Shown here in pieces: positions 1 through 9,600 of a stretch of 64,000 nucleotides of DNA; position 1 is the stretch's first letter; every line of letters starts with the position of its first letter. This DNA is from Dehalococcoidia bacterium. GTDB taxonomy: Bacteria > Chloroflexota > Dehalococcoidia > Lucifugimonadales > GCA-2712585. The translations under genes and the position numbers were made by a program. Below the pieces are notes generated by a model. It saw only the letters and a program-made list of their open reading frames with translations, was not told where the DNA came from and did no database searches. The stretch is taken from NCBI GenBank assembly GCA_965207845.1, contig CBDBNU010000003.1, forward strand, positions 52,941 to 116,940, written 5' to 3'.

Positions 1-921
1 ACGGGCCGCCACATCATAACCACCGCCGTGGAGCACCACGCGGTGCTCCACACCTGCCAGTACCTGGAGGACACAGGCTTCGACGTCACCTACCTTCCGG
101 TGGACGAGGACGGCCTCGTCACCCCTGAGCAGGTGGCGGAGGCCGTCACGGACGAGACGATTATGGCGTCCGTGATGACGGCCAACAACGAGGTCGGCTC
201 AATTCAGCCCATTGCGGAGATCGCCCGGGCGGTGAAGGAGCGGGCGCGGGAGCTGAAGCGGACCGTCGTCGTCCACACCGACGCGGTGCAGGCGGCGGGA
301 TTCCTGGACCTGAACGTGCGAGAGCTGGGCGTGGACATGCTCAGTCTATCGTCGCATAAGTTTTACGGGCCGAAAGGCGTGGGGCTTCTCTACATTCGAA
401 GAGGCACTCCCTGGCTGCCGCAACAGCTGGGCGGGAGCCAGGAGCGTGAACGACGCTCCGGCACGGAGAACGTGGCGGGCATCTGCGGGATGGCGATGGC
501 GCTCCACCTGGCGAACATCGAAAGGGAGCAGGTGAGCGCCCACTGCGCCGCCCTGCGGGACAGGATAATCGAAGGCGTGCGCGAGACCATCCCCAACGCG
601 CTGCTGAACGGGCACCCAGTCCGCAGGCTGCCCAACAACGTTAACTTTTCCTTCGAAGGGGTGGAGGGGGAGCCGATACTGCTGGGGCTGGACATGGCAG
701 GCATCTGCGCCTCCAGCGGAAGCGCGTGCTCCTCCGGCTCGCTGGAGCCTTCGCACGTGCTGCTGGCGCTGGGACAATCGGCGGATCTGGCCCGGGGGAG
801 CCTGCGCATCACCCTGGGCAAACACAACACAATCGAGGAGGTCGACTACCTGCTGAGCACCCTGGCAAATCTGGTGAATAGACTGCGCCAGATGCCTTCT
901 CTCAGCGCTACAGGTATGTGA
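1..921 (+). CDS. iscS: cysteine desulfurase (IscS/NifS class), 5' end cut by window edge
   Basis: Frame 1 is open from nt 1 ([14 protein letters not shown]...). PLP-lysine motif [17 protein letters not shown], active-site loop [10 protein letters not shown] and C-terminal [11 protein letters not shown] are all typical of group I cysteine desulfurases. Confidence 0.85.
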   Translation, partial: TGRHIITTAVEHHAVLHTCQYLEDTGFDVTYLPVDEDGLVTPEQVAEAVTDETIMASVMTANNEVGSIQPIAEIARAVKERARELKRTVVVHTDAVQAAGFLDLNVRELGVDMLSLSSHKFYGPKGVGLLYIRRGTPWLPQQLGGSQERERRSGTENVAGICGMAMALHLANIEREQVSAHCAALRDRIIEGVRETIPNALLNGHPVRRLPNNVNFSFEGVEGEPILLGLDMAGICASSGSACSSGSLEPSHVLLALGQSADLARGSLRITLGKHNTIEEVDYLLSTLANLVNRLRQMPSLSATGM

Positions 922-937
922 TACCCTACTACACGCT

Positions 938-1843
938 ATGAAATATCTGAAGAAAACACCCGTAAAGCTAACGGCAATCATTCTGGGCCTGCTGCTGGCG
1001 TCCCTGCTCACGGCCTCATGCTTTGGGGGCACCTACGCCTTTCTGGGCCGCACCTACCAGGGCGCGATTCTGCAGCTGACGCTGGAGCAGATAGTGATTC
1101 TGGACGAGGTGGCCTTCACCGAACCCGTGCGGGTCCTTGTGTTCGAGCGGGACGGCGAGAGTGACGGCGACGAGTTGGCGGGCAGTTCCTGGACGCTACA
1201 GTCCCTGGGCGAGCAGGTCAACCAATCGCAGCCAATGGCAGGCGTTGACGTGACGCTGGAGCTCATGGAGGGCGGAGCCTTCAGGGGCCACGCCGGTTGC
1301 AACGAATATTTCTCCAACGACTACATCGCAGCGGGCGGAGTCTTCAGCGCGGGCGTCGTCGGCTCCTCAATGATGGCTTGCGAAGAACCCGCGGGCCTCA
1401 TGGACCAGGAAACCAGGTATTTGAAGCTGCTGGGCAACGCCGTAGCCTACTCCGTTGCCGATGACACGCTGACGCTGACGCTGACGGTGCCGGTGCAGGA
1501 CCACGTAATTCAACCTTCCAGCGAAGAGAACGACCTGATGGTGATTCGGACGCGGATAGGCAACCACGCCGCCACGCGCGCCCAGCTGGACATCGAGGGG
1601 CTCCCGCCGGAGCTGCGGATGGACACCGGCCGGTACAGGTCCATCAACACCTTTGCGAGGGGCGTACCCACCGAGGGTTTCCACGCCAACAAGAACGTCT
1701 ACATACCGCTCATCCGAGGCTCTCAGGCAGTAGAGAGAGGCTTCGAACTGGACGGCTGGATGGTCTTCGAAGTTCCCACGGGTTCCCAGGTTGAGTCCTT
1801 CAAGTGGGAAGCGGGCGGGGACGTCATCATCATAGACAACTAG
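938..1843 (+). CDS. membrane-anchored/secreted META (HslJ-like) domain protein
   Basis: N-terminal hydrophobic signal or anchor (LTAIILGLLLASLLTASC). META-type motif GHAGCNEYFSNDY...SSMMACEEP...ETRYLKLL...TLTLT. C-terminal beta-rich domain of unknown type. Confidence 0.6.
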   Translation: MKYLKKTPVKLTAIILGLLLASLLTASCFGGTYAFLGRTYQGAILQLTLEQIVILDEVAFTEPVRVLVFERDGESDGDELAGSSWTLQSLGEQVNQSQPMAGVDVTLELMEGGAFRGHAGCNEYFSNDYIAAGGVFSAGVVGSSMMACEEPAGLMDQETRYLKLLGNAVAYSVADDTLTLTLTVPVQDHVIQPSSEENDLMVIRTRIGNHAATRAQLDIEGLPPELRMDTGRYRSINTFARGVPTEGFHANKNVYIPLIRGSQAVERGFELDGWMVFEVPTGSQVESFKWEAGGDVIIIDN

Positions 1844-1929
1844 ACGGATACCGCAGCCGCCAATCTGGGGCTGTTTTCCCTCGCAAGGTCGCGGGGATCT
1901 ATGGGGTTGTGGAGCGTGGGGTTAGAGAG

Positions 1930-2019
1930 CTACCAGCCGATTCGCCGCTTGCCGCACTTCCTGCAAAACACGTCGCGCAGAGGGCCGTTCTCCGTACCAC
2001 AAGCATCGCAGATCCACAT
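1930..2019 (-). CDS. 29-aa zinc-ribbon mini-protein (MWICDACGTENGPLRDVFCRKCGKRRIGW)
   Basis: Below the ORF-track size cutoff. ATG is preceded by TAAGGAG with 9-nt spacing. Two CxxC pairs with a W-x-C-x2-C-x3-N...C-x2-C layout resembling RanBP2-type zinc fingers. Confidence 0.4.
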   Translation of the reverse strand: MWICDACGTENGPLRDVFCRKCGKRRIGW

Positions 2020-2229
2020 GAGACTCTACTCCTTACTCTTTATATTGCGCAGGGAACAGACGCCTGATGCCGCACCTGACCCCCGCAGGTACCAGCAAAT
2101 TGTACCAATCACGCCGAAAACTTGGCAACATTCGGTAGGGGAATCTCTGCGTGGAGAGAGTTCTTTGCATGACTGCTGAGACGGTCAAGTATGACGGCCT
2201 GTGACGGCTGTTGCCATAGCTAAATCAGG

Positions 2230-2630
2230 GGGTTCTGGATTCCGGTTTTCACCGGAATGACGGGTGAGGGAGGGGAATCACCCCTACCGGCTTGTGCCGA
2301 TGTTGGTAGGGAGTGGGTTGGGTGGTTTGTGGGTAGTGGGGGCAGGCGGTTCGCGAACCGCCCCTACGGAGGACTTCGGTAACGTGGATGGTAGGGCACG
2401 TCTTGATTCAGCGCGGAGAGTGGCCCGATTCCCGGGGCGAGATTCTTCATCGCGGGGCCTTTCTTCAGAATGACATGTGGGTTGTGGGGGGAGCGGACGA
2501 CCACAAGGGTCGCCCCTACGCGTGTGGGGATTATCACCCCCATCCCTTCGACAAGCTCAGGACAGGCTCAATCTTCCCCCATCGAGGGGGAAGAAGGAAG
2601 AGGGAAGGGGAAGGATGAAGAGGGTAGGGC
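2230..2630. repeat. array of GC-rich hairpin (REP/MITE-like) repeats downstream of ilvC
   Basis: Hairpins TTCCGGTTTTCACCGGAA and TTCCCCCATCGAGGGGGAA, plus the perfect 18-nt palindrome GGCGGTTCGCGAACCGCC. Motifs GACATGTGGGT and TTCGACAAGCTCAGGACAGG recur at 6240-6600 and 58379-58430. Confidence 0.75.
2538..2590 (+). repeat. dispersed repeat copy (TTCGACAAGCTCAGG-CAGG ... CCCCATCGAGGGG element)
   Basis: About 50 nt with roughly 85% identity (aligned by eye) to the reverse complement of 58379-58430. Confidence 0.7.
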
Positions 2631-2633
2631 GGG

Positions 2634-3632
2634 CTAGACCTGGTCTTTGAGCCAGGGCATCATTGCCCGCAGCTCTGAACCGACCTTCTCCAGCTGGTGG
2701 TCGGCGTCGGTCTTCCGCATCCGGTTGAAGCGGGGACGGCCTTCGTCGTTCTCGGTGATCCACTCCTTGGCGAAGGCTCCGCTCTGAATGTCGGCCAGCA
2801 CGCGCTTCATGTTTTCTTTCACGTGGTCGTCCACAACCTGGGGGCCGCGGGAGTAGTCCCCGTATTCCGCAGTGTCGCTGACGGAGTAGCGCATGTAGTC
2901 CATGCCGCCCTGGTACATGAGGTCGACGATGAGCTTGAGCTCGTGGAGCACTTCGAAGTAGGCCGACTCCGGCTGGTATCCGGCCTCGACGAGGGTCTCG
3001 AAGCCCGCCTTCACCAGCGAGGTGACGCCGCCGCAAAGGACGGCCTGCTCGCCGAAGAGGTCCGTTTCCGTCTCCTCCTTGAAGGTGGTGTCGAGCACGC
3101 CGGCGCGGGTGCAGCCGATGCCCTTGGCGTAGGCCAGGCCGATTTCGCGGGCGTTGCCGGAAACGTCCTGATGGATGGCCAGCAGTCCGGGGACGCCGGA
3201 GCCGCGGGTGAACACCTCTCGCATCCGGTGGCCGGGGGCCTTGGGAGCAACCATGGAAACGTCCACGTTCTCCGGCGGAGTGACCGTCTCGAAGTGGATG
3301 TTGAAGCCGTGGGCGAACATGAGGGTCTTGCCCTCGTGGAGGTGGGGCAGCACCGACTCCCTGTAGACCGACGGCTGGGTGGTGTCCGGGATGAGCAGGG
3401 TGATGATGTCCGAGGCCTGGGCAACCTCCGCGACGGTTGCCACCTCCAAGCCGTCGGCTTCCGCCTTGGCCTTGCTGGAGCTGCCCTCGTAGAGGCCCAC
3501 CATCACCTTGACGCCGCTGTCGTGCAGGTTGAGGGCGTGGGCATGGCCCTGGCTGCCGTAGCCAATGATACCGACGACCTTGCCGTCGAGGAGGGAAAGA
3601 TCAGCGTCGTTGTCGTAATACATCGTTGCCAT
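2634..3632 (-). CDS. ilvC: ketol-acid reductoisomerase
   Basis: 332 aa. N-terminus [41 protein letters not shown] is the class I KARI signature. It is the last gene of the ilvBNC run. Confidence 0.95.
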   Translation of the reverse strand: MATMYYDNDADLSLLDGKVVGIIGYGSQGHAHALNLHDSGVKVMVGLYEGSSSKAKAEADGLEVATVAEVAQASDIITLLIPDTTQPSVYRESVLPHLHEGKTLMFAHGFNIHFETVTPPENVDVSMVAPKAPGHRMREVFTRGSGVPGLLAIHQDVSGNAREIGLAYAKGIGCTRAGVLDTTFKEETETDLFGEQAVLCGGVTSLVKAGFETLVEAGYQPESAYFEVLHELKLIVDLMYQGGMDYMRYSVSDTAEYGDYSRGPQVVDDHVKENMKRVLADIQSGAFAKEWITENDEGRPRFNRMRKTDADHQLEKVGSELRAMMPWLKDQV

Positions 3633-3685
3633 TGGATGCGAGTCTCCTTACTGTGCTTTTGGGCTGGGCCGACGGGTGCGGCTGG

Positions 3686-4210
3686 CTACATGGGGCCGGG
3701 GGTTGGTTCCTGGTGGTGGTTGCGGGCCATGCCCCGGACCATCGCCACGCGGCCGGTTCGGATCATTTCGGTGATGCCGAAGGTGGAGAGCAGGTCTTTC
3801 AGGGACTGGACCGTGTCTTCGTCTCCCGTCACTTCCACGATAAGGGAATCCGGGGCCACGTCGACTATGTTCGCGCGGTAGATGTCCACAATCTGCTGGA
3901 TCTCCCCGCGGTTCAAAGCGTCGCTGTTTACGCGGATGAGGGCGAGTTCCCGGGAGATCATGGCCCGCTCGGTGATGGGATGCACTTCCGCGACGTCGAT
4001 GAGCTTGCGAAGCTGCTTGATGACCTGTTCAACGGTGGCGTCGTCCCCGTTGACGACGAAGGCCATGCGGGACATCCCAGCCGTTTCCGATTGGCCTACG
4101 GCCAGGCTTACGATGTTGAAGTTCCGGCGTCGGAACATGCTGGATATCCGGTTGAGGACACCGGGCCGGTCTCGGACAAGGGCGACTATTGTCGATTCGT
4201 TTCTGGCCAT
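3686..4210 (-). CDS. ilvN: acetolactate synthase small (regulatory) subunit
   Basis: Starts at internal Met (MARNESTIVALVRDRPGVLNRISSMFRRRNFNIVSLAVG), an ACT-domain signature. The ATG overlaps the ilvB TGA by 1 nt (TGATG). The upstream Arg/Pro-rich ORF extension overlaps ilvB and is rejected. Confidence 0.9.
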   Translation of the reverse strand: MARNESTIVALVRDRPGVLNRISSMFRRRNFNIVSLAVGQSETAGMSRMAFVVNGDDATVEQVIKQLRKLIDVAEVHPITERAMISRELALIRVNSDALNRGEIQQIVDIYRANIVDVAPDSLIVEVTGDEDTVQSLKDLLSTFGITEMIRTGRVAMVRGMARNHHQEPTPGPM

Positions 4211-5886
4211 CAGACAGGCTCTTCCATAAGCTGGTCTATGGTGCCGCCGGCGGGGATCATGGGGTAGACGTTCTCTTCCTGGGCAATCCTGAAATCCACG
4301 ATGGCGGGACCGGGGTAGGCCATTGCCTCCTTGATGGCGGGCAGGACCTGGTCCTGGGTCTCCACGCGCGCGCCGTGGATGCCGTAGGCGTGGGCCAGCT
4401 TGACGAAGTCGGGGTTGCCAGTGTAGTAGGTGGAAACGTAGCTTTTTTCGTAGAAGAGGTCCTGCCACTGGCGAACCATGCCGAGGAACCCGTTGTTGAA
4501 GAGGGCGAACTTGACGGGGATCTGGTTTTCCACGAGGGTGGCGAGCTCCGACATGGTCATCTGAAAGCCGCCGTCTCCGGCGACGGACCAGACCGTCGCG
4601 TCGGGGCGTCCGACCTGCGCGCCGAGGGCGGCTGGGACCTCGAAGCCCATGGCTCCGAGGCCGCCGGAGGTGATCCAGCTATTCTGTTTGGTGAAAGTGT
4701 AGTGCTGTGCGGCCCACATCTGGTGCTGGCCCACGCCGGTGACGATGAGGGCCTCGCCCTGGGTGGCGTCGGAGAGGGCCTGCAGGATGGTCTGGGGACG
4801 CAGTTCGCCGGTGACCTTGGGTCGCATGAGGGGATGCTCTATCTTCAGTTCGGCGATGCGCTGCACCCACTCCTCGTGGGACTTGGGATGGACCATCGGG
4901 AGCAGCTGCTCCAGCACGTGCTTCAGGTCGCCGATGAGGGGGGCTGTTGCGCGCACGTTCTTGTGCACCTCGGAGGGGTCCACCTCAACGTGGATGACCT
5001 TGGCTTTGGGGGCGAAGTAGCGGGTATCCCCGGTTATGCGGTCGTCGAAGCGCATTCCGAGGCCAATAAGCAGGTCCGACTCTTCGATGGCGAGGCTGGC
5101 GTGGGCCATGCCGTGCATGCCGGGCATACCCACGCTGAGGGGATGGGTCTCCGGGAAGGAGCTTATGCCCAGCAGCGTGGTAATGACGGGGATCTGCGCC
5201 TTTTCGGCCAGCTCCATGAGCTCGGCGTAGGCGCGGGAGATGATGACGCCGTGGCCGGCGAGAATGAGGGGCTTATTGGCTTCCTGTATCAGCTGCGCGG
5301 CCTTGCGGACCATTTCCGGGTCCGCGCCGGTGGGGGGATGGTAGTTTGGTAGGTCCACCTCGTCCGGGTACTCGAACTCGCATCGTTCGACGAAGACGTC
5401 CTTGGGAATATCCACCAGGACAGGGCCGGGGCGGCCGGTGTTGGCCACGTAGAAGGCTTCCTTGATGGTCTCGGCGATCTCCGAGGCGTTCATGACGAGG
5501 TAGTTGTGCTTGGTGATGGGCAGGGTGATGCCCGTGACGTCGGTTTCCTGGAAGGCGTCCTTGCCGATGGCGTCGCGGGCGACCTGGCCGGTGATGAACA
5601 CGGTGGGCACGGAGTCCATCTGGGCGGTGGCGATGCCGGTGACGAGGTTGGTGGCGCCGGGGCCTGAGGTGCCGAAGGCGACGCCGACGCGTCCGGTGGC
5701 GCGGGCGTAGCCGTCGGCGGCGTGGGCGGCGCCCTGCTCGTGGCGCATGAGGATGTGCCGAAGCTGCGGGTATTCGGGGAGGTCCTGGTAGAGGGGGAGA
5801 ATAGCGCCGCCGGGAATGCCGAAGATAACCTCTACGCCCTCACGGATGAGGGATTCGCAAACTATCTGACCGCCGCTGAGCATCAT
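4210..5886 (-). CDS. ilvB: acetolactate synthase large (catalytic) subunit
   Basis: Start MMLSGGQIVCESLIREGVEVIFGIPGG is preceded by GGAAGGA 7 nt upstream. TPP-enzyme motifs are present (GAMGFEVPAALGA, AGDGGFQM). The gene lies downstream of the T-box terminator. Confidence 0.92.
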   Translation of the reverse strand: MMLSGGQIVCESLIREGVEVIFGIPGGAILPLYQDLPEYPQLRHILMRHEQGAAHAADGYARATGRVGVAFGTSGPGATNLVTGIATAQMDSVPTVFITGQVARDAIGKDAFQETDVTGITLPITKHNYLVMNASEIAETIKEAFYVANTGRPGPVLVDIPKDVFVERCEFEYPDEVDLPNYHPPTGADPEMVRKAAQLIQEANKPLILAGHGVIISRAYAELMELAEKAQIPVITTLLGISSFPETHPLSVGMPGMHGMAHASLAIEESDLLIGLGMRFDDRITGDTRYFAPKAKVIHVEVDPSEVHKNVRATAPLIGDLKHVLEQLLPMVHPKSHEEWVQRIAELKIEHPLMRPKVTGELRPQTILQALSDATQGEALIVTGVGQHQMWAAQHYTFTKQNSWITSGGLGAMGFEVPAALGAQVGRPDATVWSVAGDGGFQMTMSELATLVENQIPVKFALFNNGFLGMVRQWQDLFYEKSYVSTYYTGNPDFVKLAHAYGIHGARVETQDQVLPAIKEAMAYPGPAIVDFRIAQEENVYPMIPAGGTIDQLMEEPV

Positions 5887-5933
5887 TTCAAGGTCCTTCC
5901 GGTTCTTTCGAACCACAATGGCAACTGGCCAAG

Positions 5934-5970
5934 CAAAAAATAATCCGCCCCCCATGGAAGGGGCGGACGG
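5934..5970 (-). terminator. intrinsic terminator of the T-box leader
   Basis: CCGCCCC-TTCCATG-GGGGCGG hairpin followed by ATTATTTTTTG on the minus strand. Its 5' arm overlaps the T-box antiterminator region. Confidence 0.8.
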
Positions 5971-6175
5971 GATCCGCGGTACCACCCTTCTTGCCCGGGG
6001 CAAACCCCGGACCGCTCAAGTGCTGTAACGGGCATCCCGTCCGGCCTTACTACTACTTCAGACCGGCCGCTCCAGGGTGATGTAGCGGTTCTCCTTGCGC
6101 GGGGCTTCCACCTTATCCCCACTCTCTATAGCGGTGGAAACCGCATTGTCCCCTTCTCAGCGTTATTTTGTATTT
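5934..6175 (-). promoter_or_regulatory. T-box riboswitch leader of ilvBNC, probable Ile (AUC) specifier
   Basis: On the minus strand: AGAGAG bulge, GGTGGAA distal loop, F-box CCGTTA and T-box core GGGTGGTACCGCG (5974-5987). An intrinsic terminator follows. Candidate specifier AUC-A lies at 6079-6081. UGGU in the T-box bulge fits a discriminator A tRNA. Confidence 0.85.
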
Positions 6176-6184
6176 TCGGCGCTA

Positions 6185-6214
6185 ATTTTAGAGGATTTCG
6201 TAGCATCCGGTCAA
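6185..6214 (-). promoter_or_regulatory. putative sigma-70 promoter of the T-box/ilvBNC transcript
   Basis: Minus strand TTGACC (6209-6214), 18-nt spacer, TAAAAT (6185-6190), just upstream of the T-box stem I. Confidence 0.5.
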
Positions 6215-6239
6215 CAGTAAAGAACTGCGGCTAGGGGGC

Positions 6240-6600
6240 AAATACGACATTCGGAACGGTGGGGGGCGGGGGAGGGAGGGGGCGGTTGGGAGTGGGGGTC
6301 GGATATGGGCTCCTGCCTTCGCAGGAACAAGAGGTAGGAAGAGACGGGAAGATGGAGCGTAGGTGTCGGGGGAGGGCAGTTCGCGAACCTCCCCTACAGG
6401 GGAAGAGACCAGAGAAGGACTGCTACGGCAACGAGACCCTTCGGCTCCGCTGCGCTGCGCTCAGGGTGACATGTGGGTAGAGGGGGGAGGAAGAGTGGGC
6501 CCCCGCGTTCGCGGGGGAACGGGAGGGGTGGTGAGGCAACGGGGAGTGCGGGCCGTTGGCAGGATATTGGTTCCTGCCTTCGCAGGATCAAGAAGGGAAG
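6240..6600. repeat. array of GC-rich hairpin repeats upstream of the ilv promoter
   Basis: TCCTGCCTTCGCAGGA hairpin occurs twice (about 6312 and 6572). CCCCCGCGTTCGCGGGGG is present. GTTCGCGAACC and GTGACATGTGGGT are shared with the 2230-2630 array. Confidence 0.75.
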
Positions 6601-6603
6601 GGG

Positions 6604-9600
6604 TTAGATGGTTAGTTTGCGGTATAGCTGGGGGAGGCGCTGCGGGAGGGTCCAGATGTCTTCCAGCACCTCATAGCTCATGTCGCCGCACATGGCTTTC
6701 AGATAGTCGTGGCCGGACTTGTCCACGGTGAGGCAGAAGGGGGTGATGTCCAGCCGCTTGGCTTCTACGAGGGCCATGTGGGTGTCGTGGACGGCGTATT
6801 CCTTCTCCACGCCCTCGCGGCTGTAGCCCCTGTCCTGGGGACGACCGTCGCTGATCAGGAAGAGAATCTTGGTCTTGGCGTCCTGCTTTTCCAGCTTGGC
6901 GGTGGCGTGCCTGATGGCGGGCCCCATGCGGGTGGCGTGTAGGGGACTGATCTTGTCGATGCGGCGCTTCACCACGTCGGAGAGGTTCTCTTCCACGTCC
7001 TTGATGACGTAGAACTCGACGTTCTCCCGTCCGTAGCCGGAGAAGCCGTAGATACCGTAGATGTCGCCGATGGACTCGAGGGCCTGGAGGAGGAGGGCGA
7101 CGCCTTCCTTTTCGAGGTCGATGATGCGCTTGTAGTGGCGGCGCACGAGACCTTCGCGCCGGGAGCGGAGCCACATCATGTACTCCACCGGGTCCTCCGG
7201 GGCGTTCTGGTCGCCGAGGGAGGGACGGCCTTCGTCGATGGCCTCTGCGGTGGAGGCGCTCATGTCCAGCAGGAAGACGACGGCCACGTCGCGCTCCTGC
7301 TTGTTGCGGAACCAGTAGACCTTCTCGGAGGGGGTGATGCCGGAGCGGCGATCTATGACGGCTTCAATGGAAGCGTCCAGGTCGAACTCGTCGCCATCGG
7401 GCTGTCGGCGGACTTTGCGGAAGCTTTCGGGGATGACGAGCTCGAACTGGCGACGAACGTCGCTGACCAGACCGGCGTAGTTGCGCATGGTGTCGCCGAA
7501 AAATTGCAGGTCGCCCTGGTCGACGGTCTTTTCGCGGACTACGCACCACTTGGGCTTGTAGTCGGCGGCGCGGAAGTCCCATTCGTCGTAGACGAAGGTC
7601 TTGGGTTCGCGGGCTTCGAGCTCGCCGCCCTGCTCGTCCACGTGGACCATGGGGCCGTAGCCCTGACCGGCGGTGGGCATGGGAGAGGTGGCGCCCGCTT
7701 CCTTCATGAGATTCTGGGCGAACTCGGCCATGGCCCCCTCGTCCTCACCCTGCTCGTCGCCGTATTCCGCGCTCTCGCGCAGCATCTGCTCCAGCATATC
7801 CTGGGTGAGTTCACCGGAGCCGTCGGTGTTTTCCGGCATGTCGCCGGAGCGCATGCGGTTGAGGGTCTGCACCAGTTCCGGCTTGAAGTCGCCGCGGAAG
7901 TCCACGTCCTCGGGGGACTCGTAGGGGTCCTGTTCGTCGGAGCCCTGGGCCTCAGTGGGCGGGCCCATCTCCTTCAGGATTTCGGCCAGTTCCTCGTCAG
8001 AGAATTCATCCTCGGTGTCGAAATCCTGGCTCTCCCACTCTTCCTGCTCTTCCTGCTGATTGGGGATGCGAGAGAGGATGTCGTAGGCGCGGAGGGTGGC
8101 CTCGGCGGTGTCCTCGACGGTGGCTTCGACGCTGCGGAGGCGGCGCTGGATCTTGGCCAGAACACTGACGGCCTTGGCGTAGCGCTTGGGGGTGGGCAGG
8201 CCGCGATACTGCTCCAGGCTGAAGCGGACGAGCATTTCCACAAGGGCCTGCCGCAGGGGCATTTCCATGAGGGCGGGACGGCCATCGAGGGCGTCTTCCT
8301 GGACGCGGTTGTAGAAGCGCTTCATGCCGGGGTATTCGACCTTGACGCGGTAGTCGAGGCGGCCGTCTTCCAGGATGGTGAAGAGGTCCAGGGCAAGTTT
8401 ACGGTCGGCGAGGAGGGAGAAGCAGCGGGTGATGTCCGTGACCCAGCCCGTTTCGGCGCCGCGGGCGTAGGCCTTCATTTCCTCGTCTTCCGTTACCTGA
8501 GAGGTAAGCGCCTCCTCCCGGGATACGCGCGTGTCTTCAAATAGGGCGGAGGGGCGTTCGAACTCGAACAGGAAGCTGCCGAATTCGAGGTGGGCGACCT
8601 GGTGGGTGGAGACTACCTTGAACCAGCCAAAGTTTTCGTCCTTGCTGGGATAACGGTCGATGATGAGGGGCAGGAACACCTTGGTGCCCTCCGTGGTGGC
8701 GTGGCCTTCGGAGACCCAGCCGATGCCTTTGCCGACGAGCTGGTCGCTTTCGGTAACCTCTATGTCGAAGCCGCAGAGGGCGCGGCAGTAGAGCATGAGA
8801 ATGCCCTTGACTCGCTCCAGTTCCAGGCTGGAGGAGAGGCTTTCGATGACGGCCTCGGAGGTGGAGGACTCCACCTTGAAGAAGGCGAGACCGCCGTCCG
8901 GGTTCTCATGGATGAGGCGAAGGCCGTGGTCGAACCAGGAGTCGAGCTGGGGCAGGGTGATTCTGGACAGGACGGACTCCAGGCTGTTCAGCAGGGCGTG
9001 GACGGCCGGAGGAGAGACGACCATGAGGGTGTCGCAGAGGTCCAGCACGTGCTGCTGGGCCTGGGGGCGAATCTTGCCGAGGGCGGCGGAACCGCTGACG
9101 ATAAACAGGGATATCTCCCGCGAGCCCTCGCGGGCCAGGTGGTCCGCCAGCCTCAGAAAGCGGCTGCGCTGGCTCTCCTCCACCTGGGGGAGGGAGCGTC
9201 CAACGACCTGGAAGCAGGCCTTGACCTCGCGCCAGCTCGCGCCGGTGAGGGTGCGGCAGAGGGCGAGGAAGGGTTCCCGCTCCCGGGACATGCGGGGGAG
9301 CACCTCGCTGCCCATGACGAGGCACTCGGTGGCCACGTCGTAGGACTTGGCGGAGAGGCCTTCGATGAGATTGGCGGTGACCTCCACGTCCCAGAAAGAG
9401 AGGTTTTTGACAAGAGTGGGGCTGGTCTCGAAGAACTTGGCCGCGAGGGTGCTGGACTTCCAGGTGCCCTTGTAGAGGCTGCGGCCAAGGCCGGCCCAGC
9501 GGGCGATGTGCTGGGGTCGCAGGTCGGCGACGATAGCCGGGGAGGCGCGGAAGTAGGACACGGCGAGGGTGGGGGAATCCTGGGATAGATAGGCGCCGCA

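Noticed and set aside
2340-2365. GGTTCGCGAACC-type sequences, considered as tRNA T-arm fragments
   Set aside because: They are perfect palindromes within repeat arrays, and no cloverleaf or acceptor stem can be built. I found no tRNA in any intergenic region.
2264-2618. Short ORFs (69 and 76 aa), and similarly 6259-6731 and 44466-44883
   Set aside because: They are translations of hairpin-repeat arrays (Gly/Arg/Trp-rich, no ribosome-binding site) in non-coding repeat DNA.
2697-3881. 394-aa plus-strand ORF across ilvC/ilvN
   Set aside because: It is antisense to two genes with unmistakable family signatures. Its Gly/Ala/Val/His-rich junk translation is typical of high-GC shadow ORFs.
4211-4468. 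N-terminal 86-aa extension of the ilvN ORF (3686-4468)
   Set aside because: The Arg/Pro-rich extension lies entirely inside the ilvB coding sequence. The ACT-domain protein starts at the Met at 4210, overlapping the ilvB stop (TGATG).
5883-6122. 79-aa minus-strand ORF upstream of ilvB
   Set aside because: The region is a T-box leader RNA with terminator, and the ORF is incidental.
7135-9588. 469-aa and 332-aa plus-strand ORFs
   Set aside because: They are antisense to the 1084-aa vWA gene, which has MIDAS and vWA motifs. Low-complexity Gly/Ala/Glu translation.
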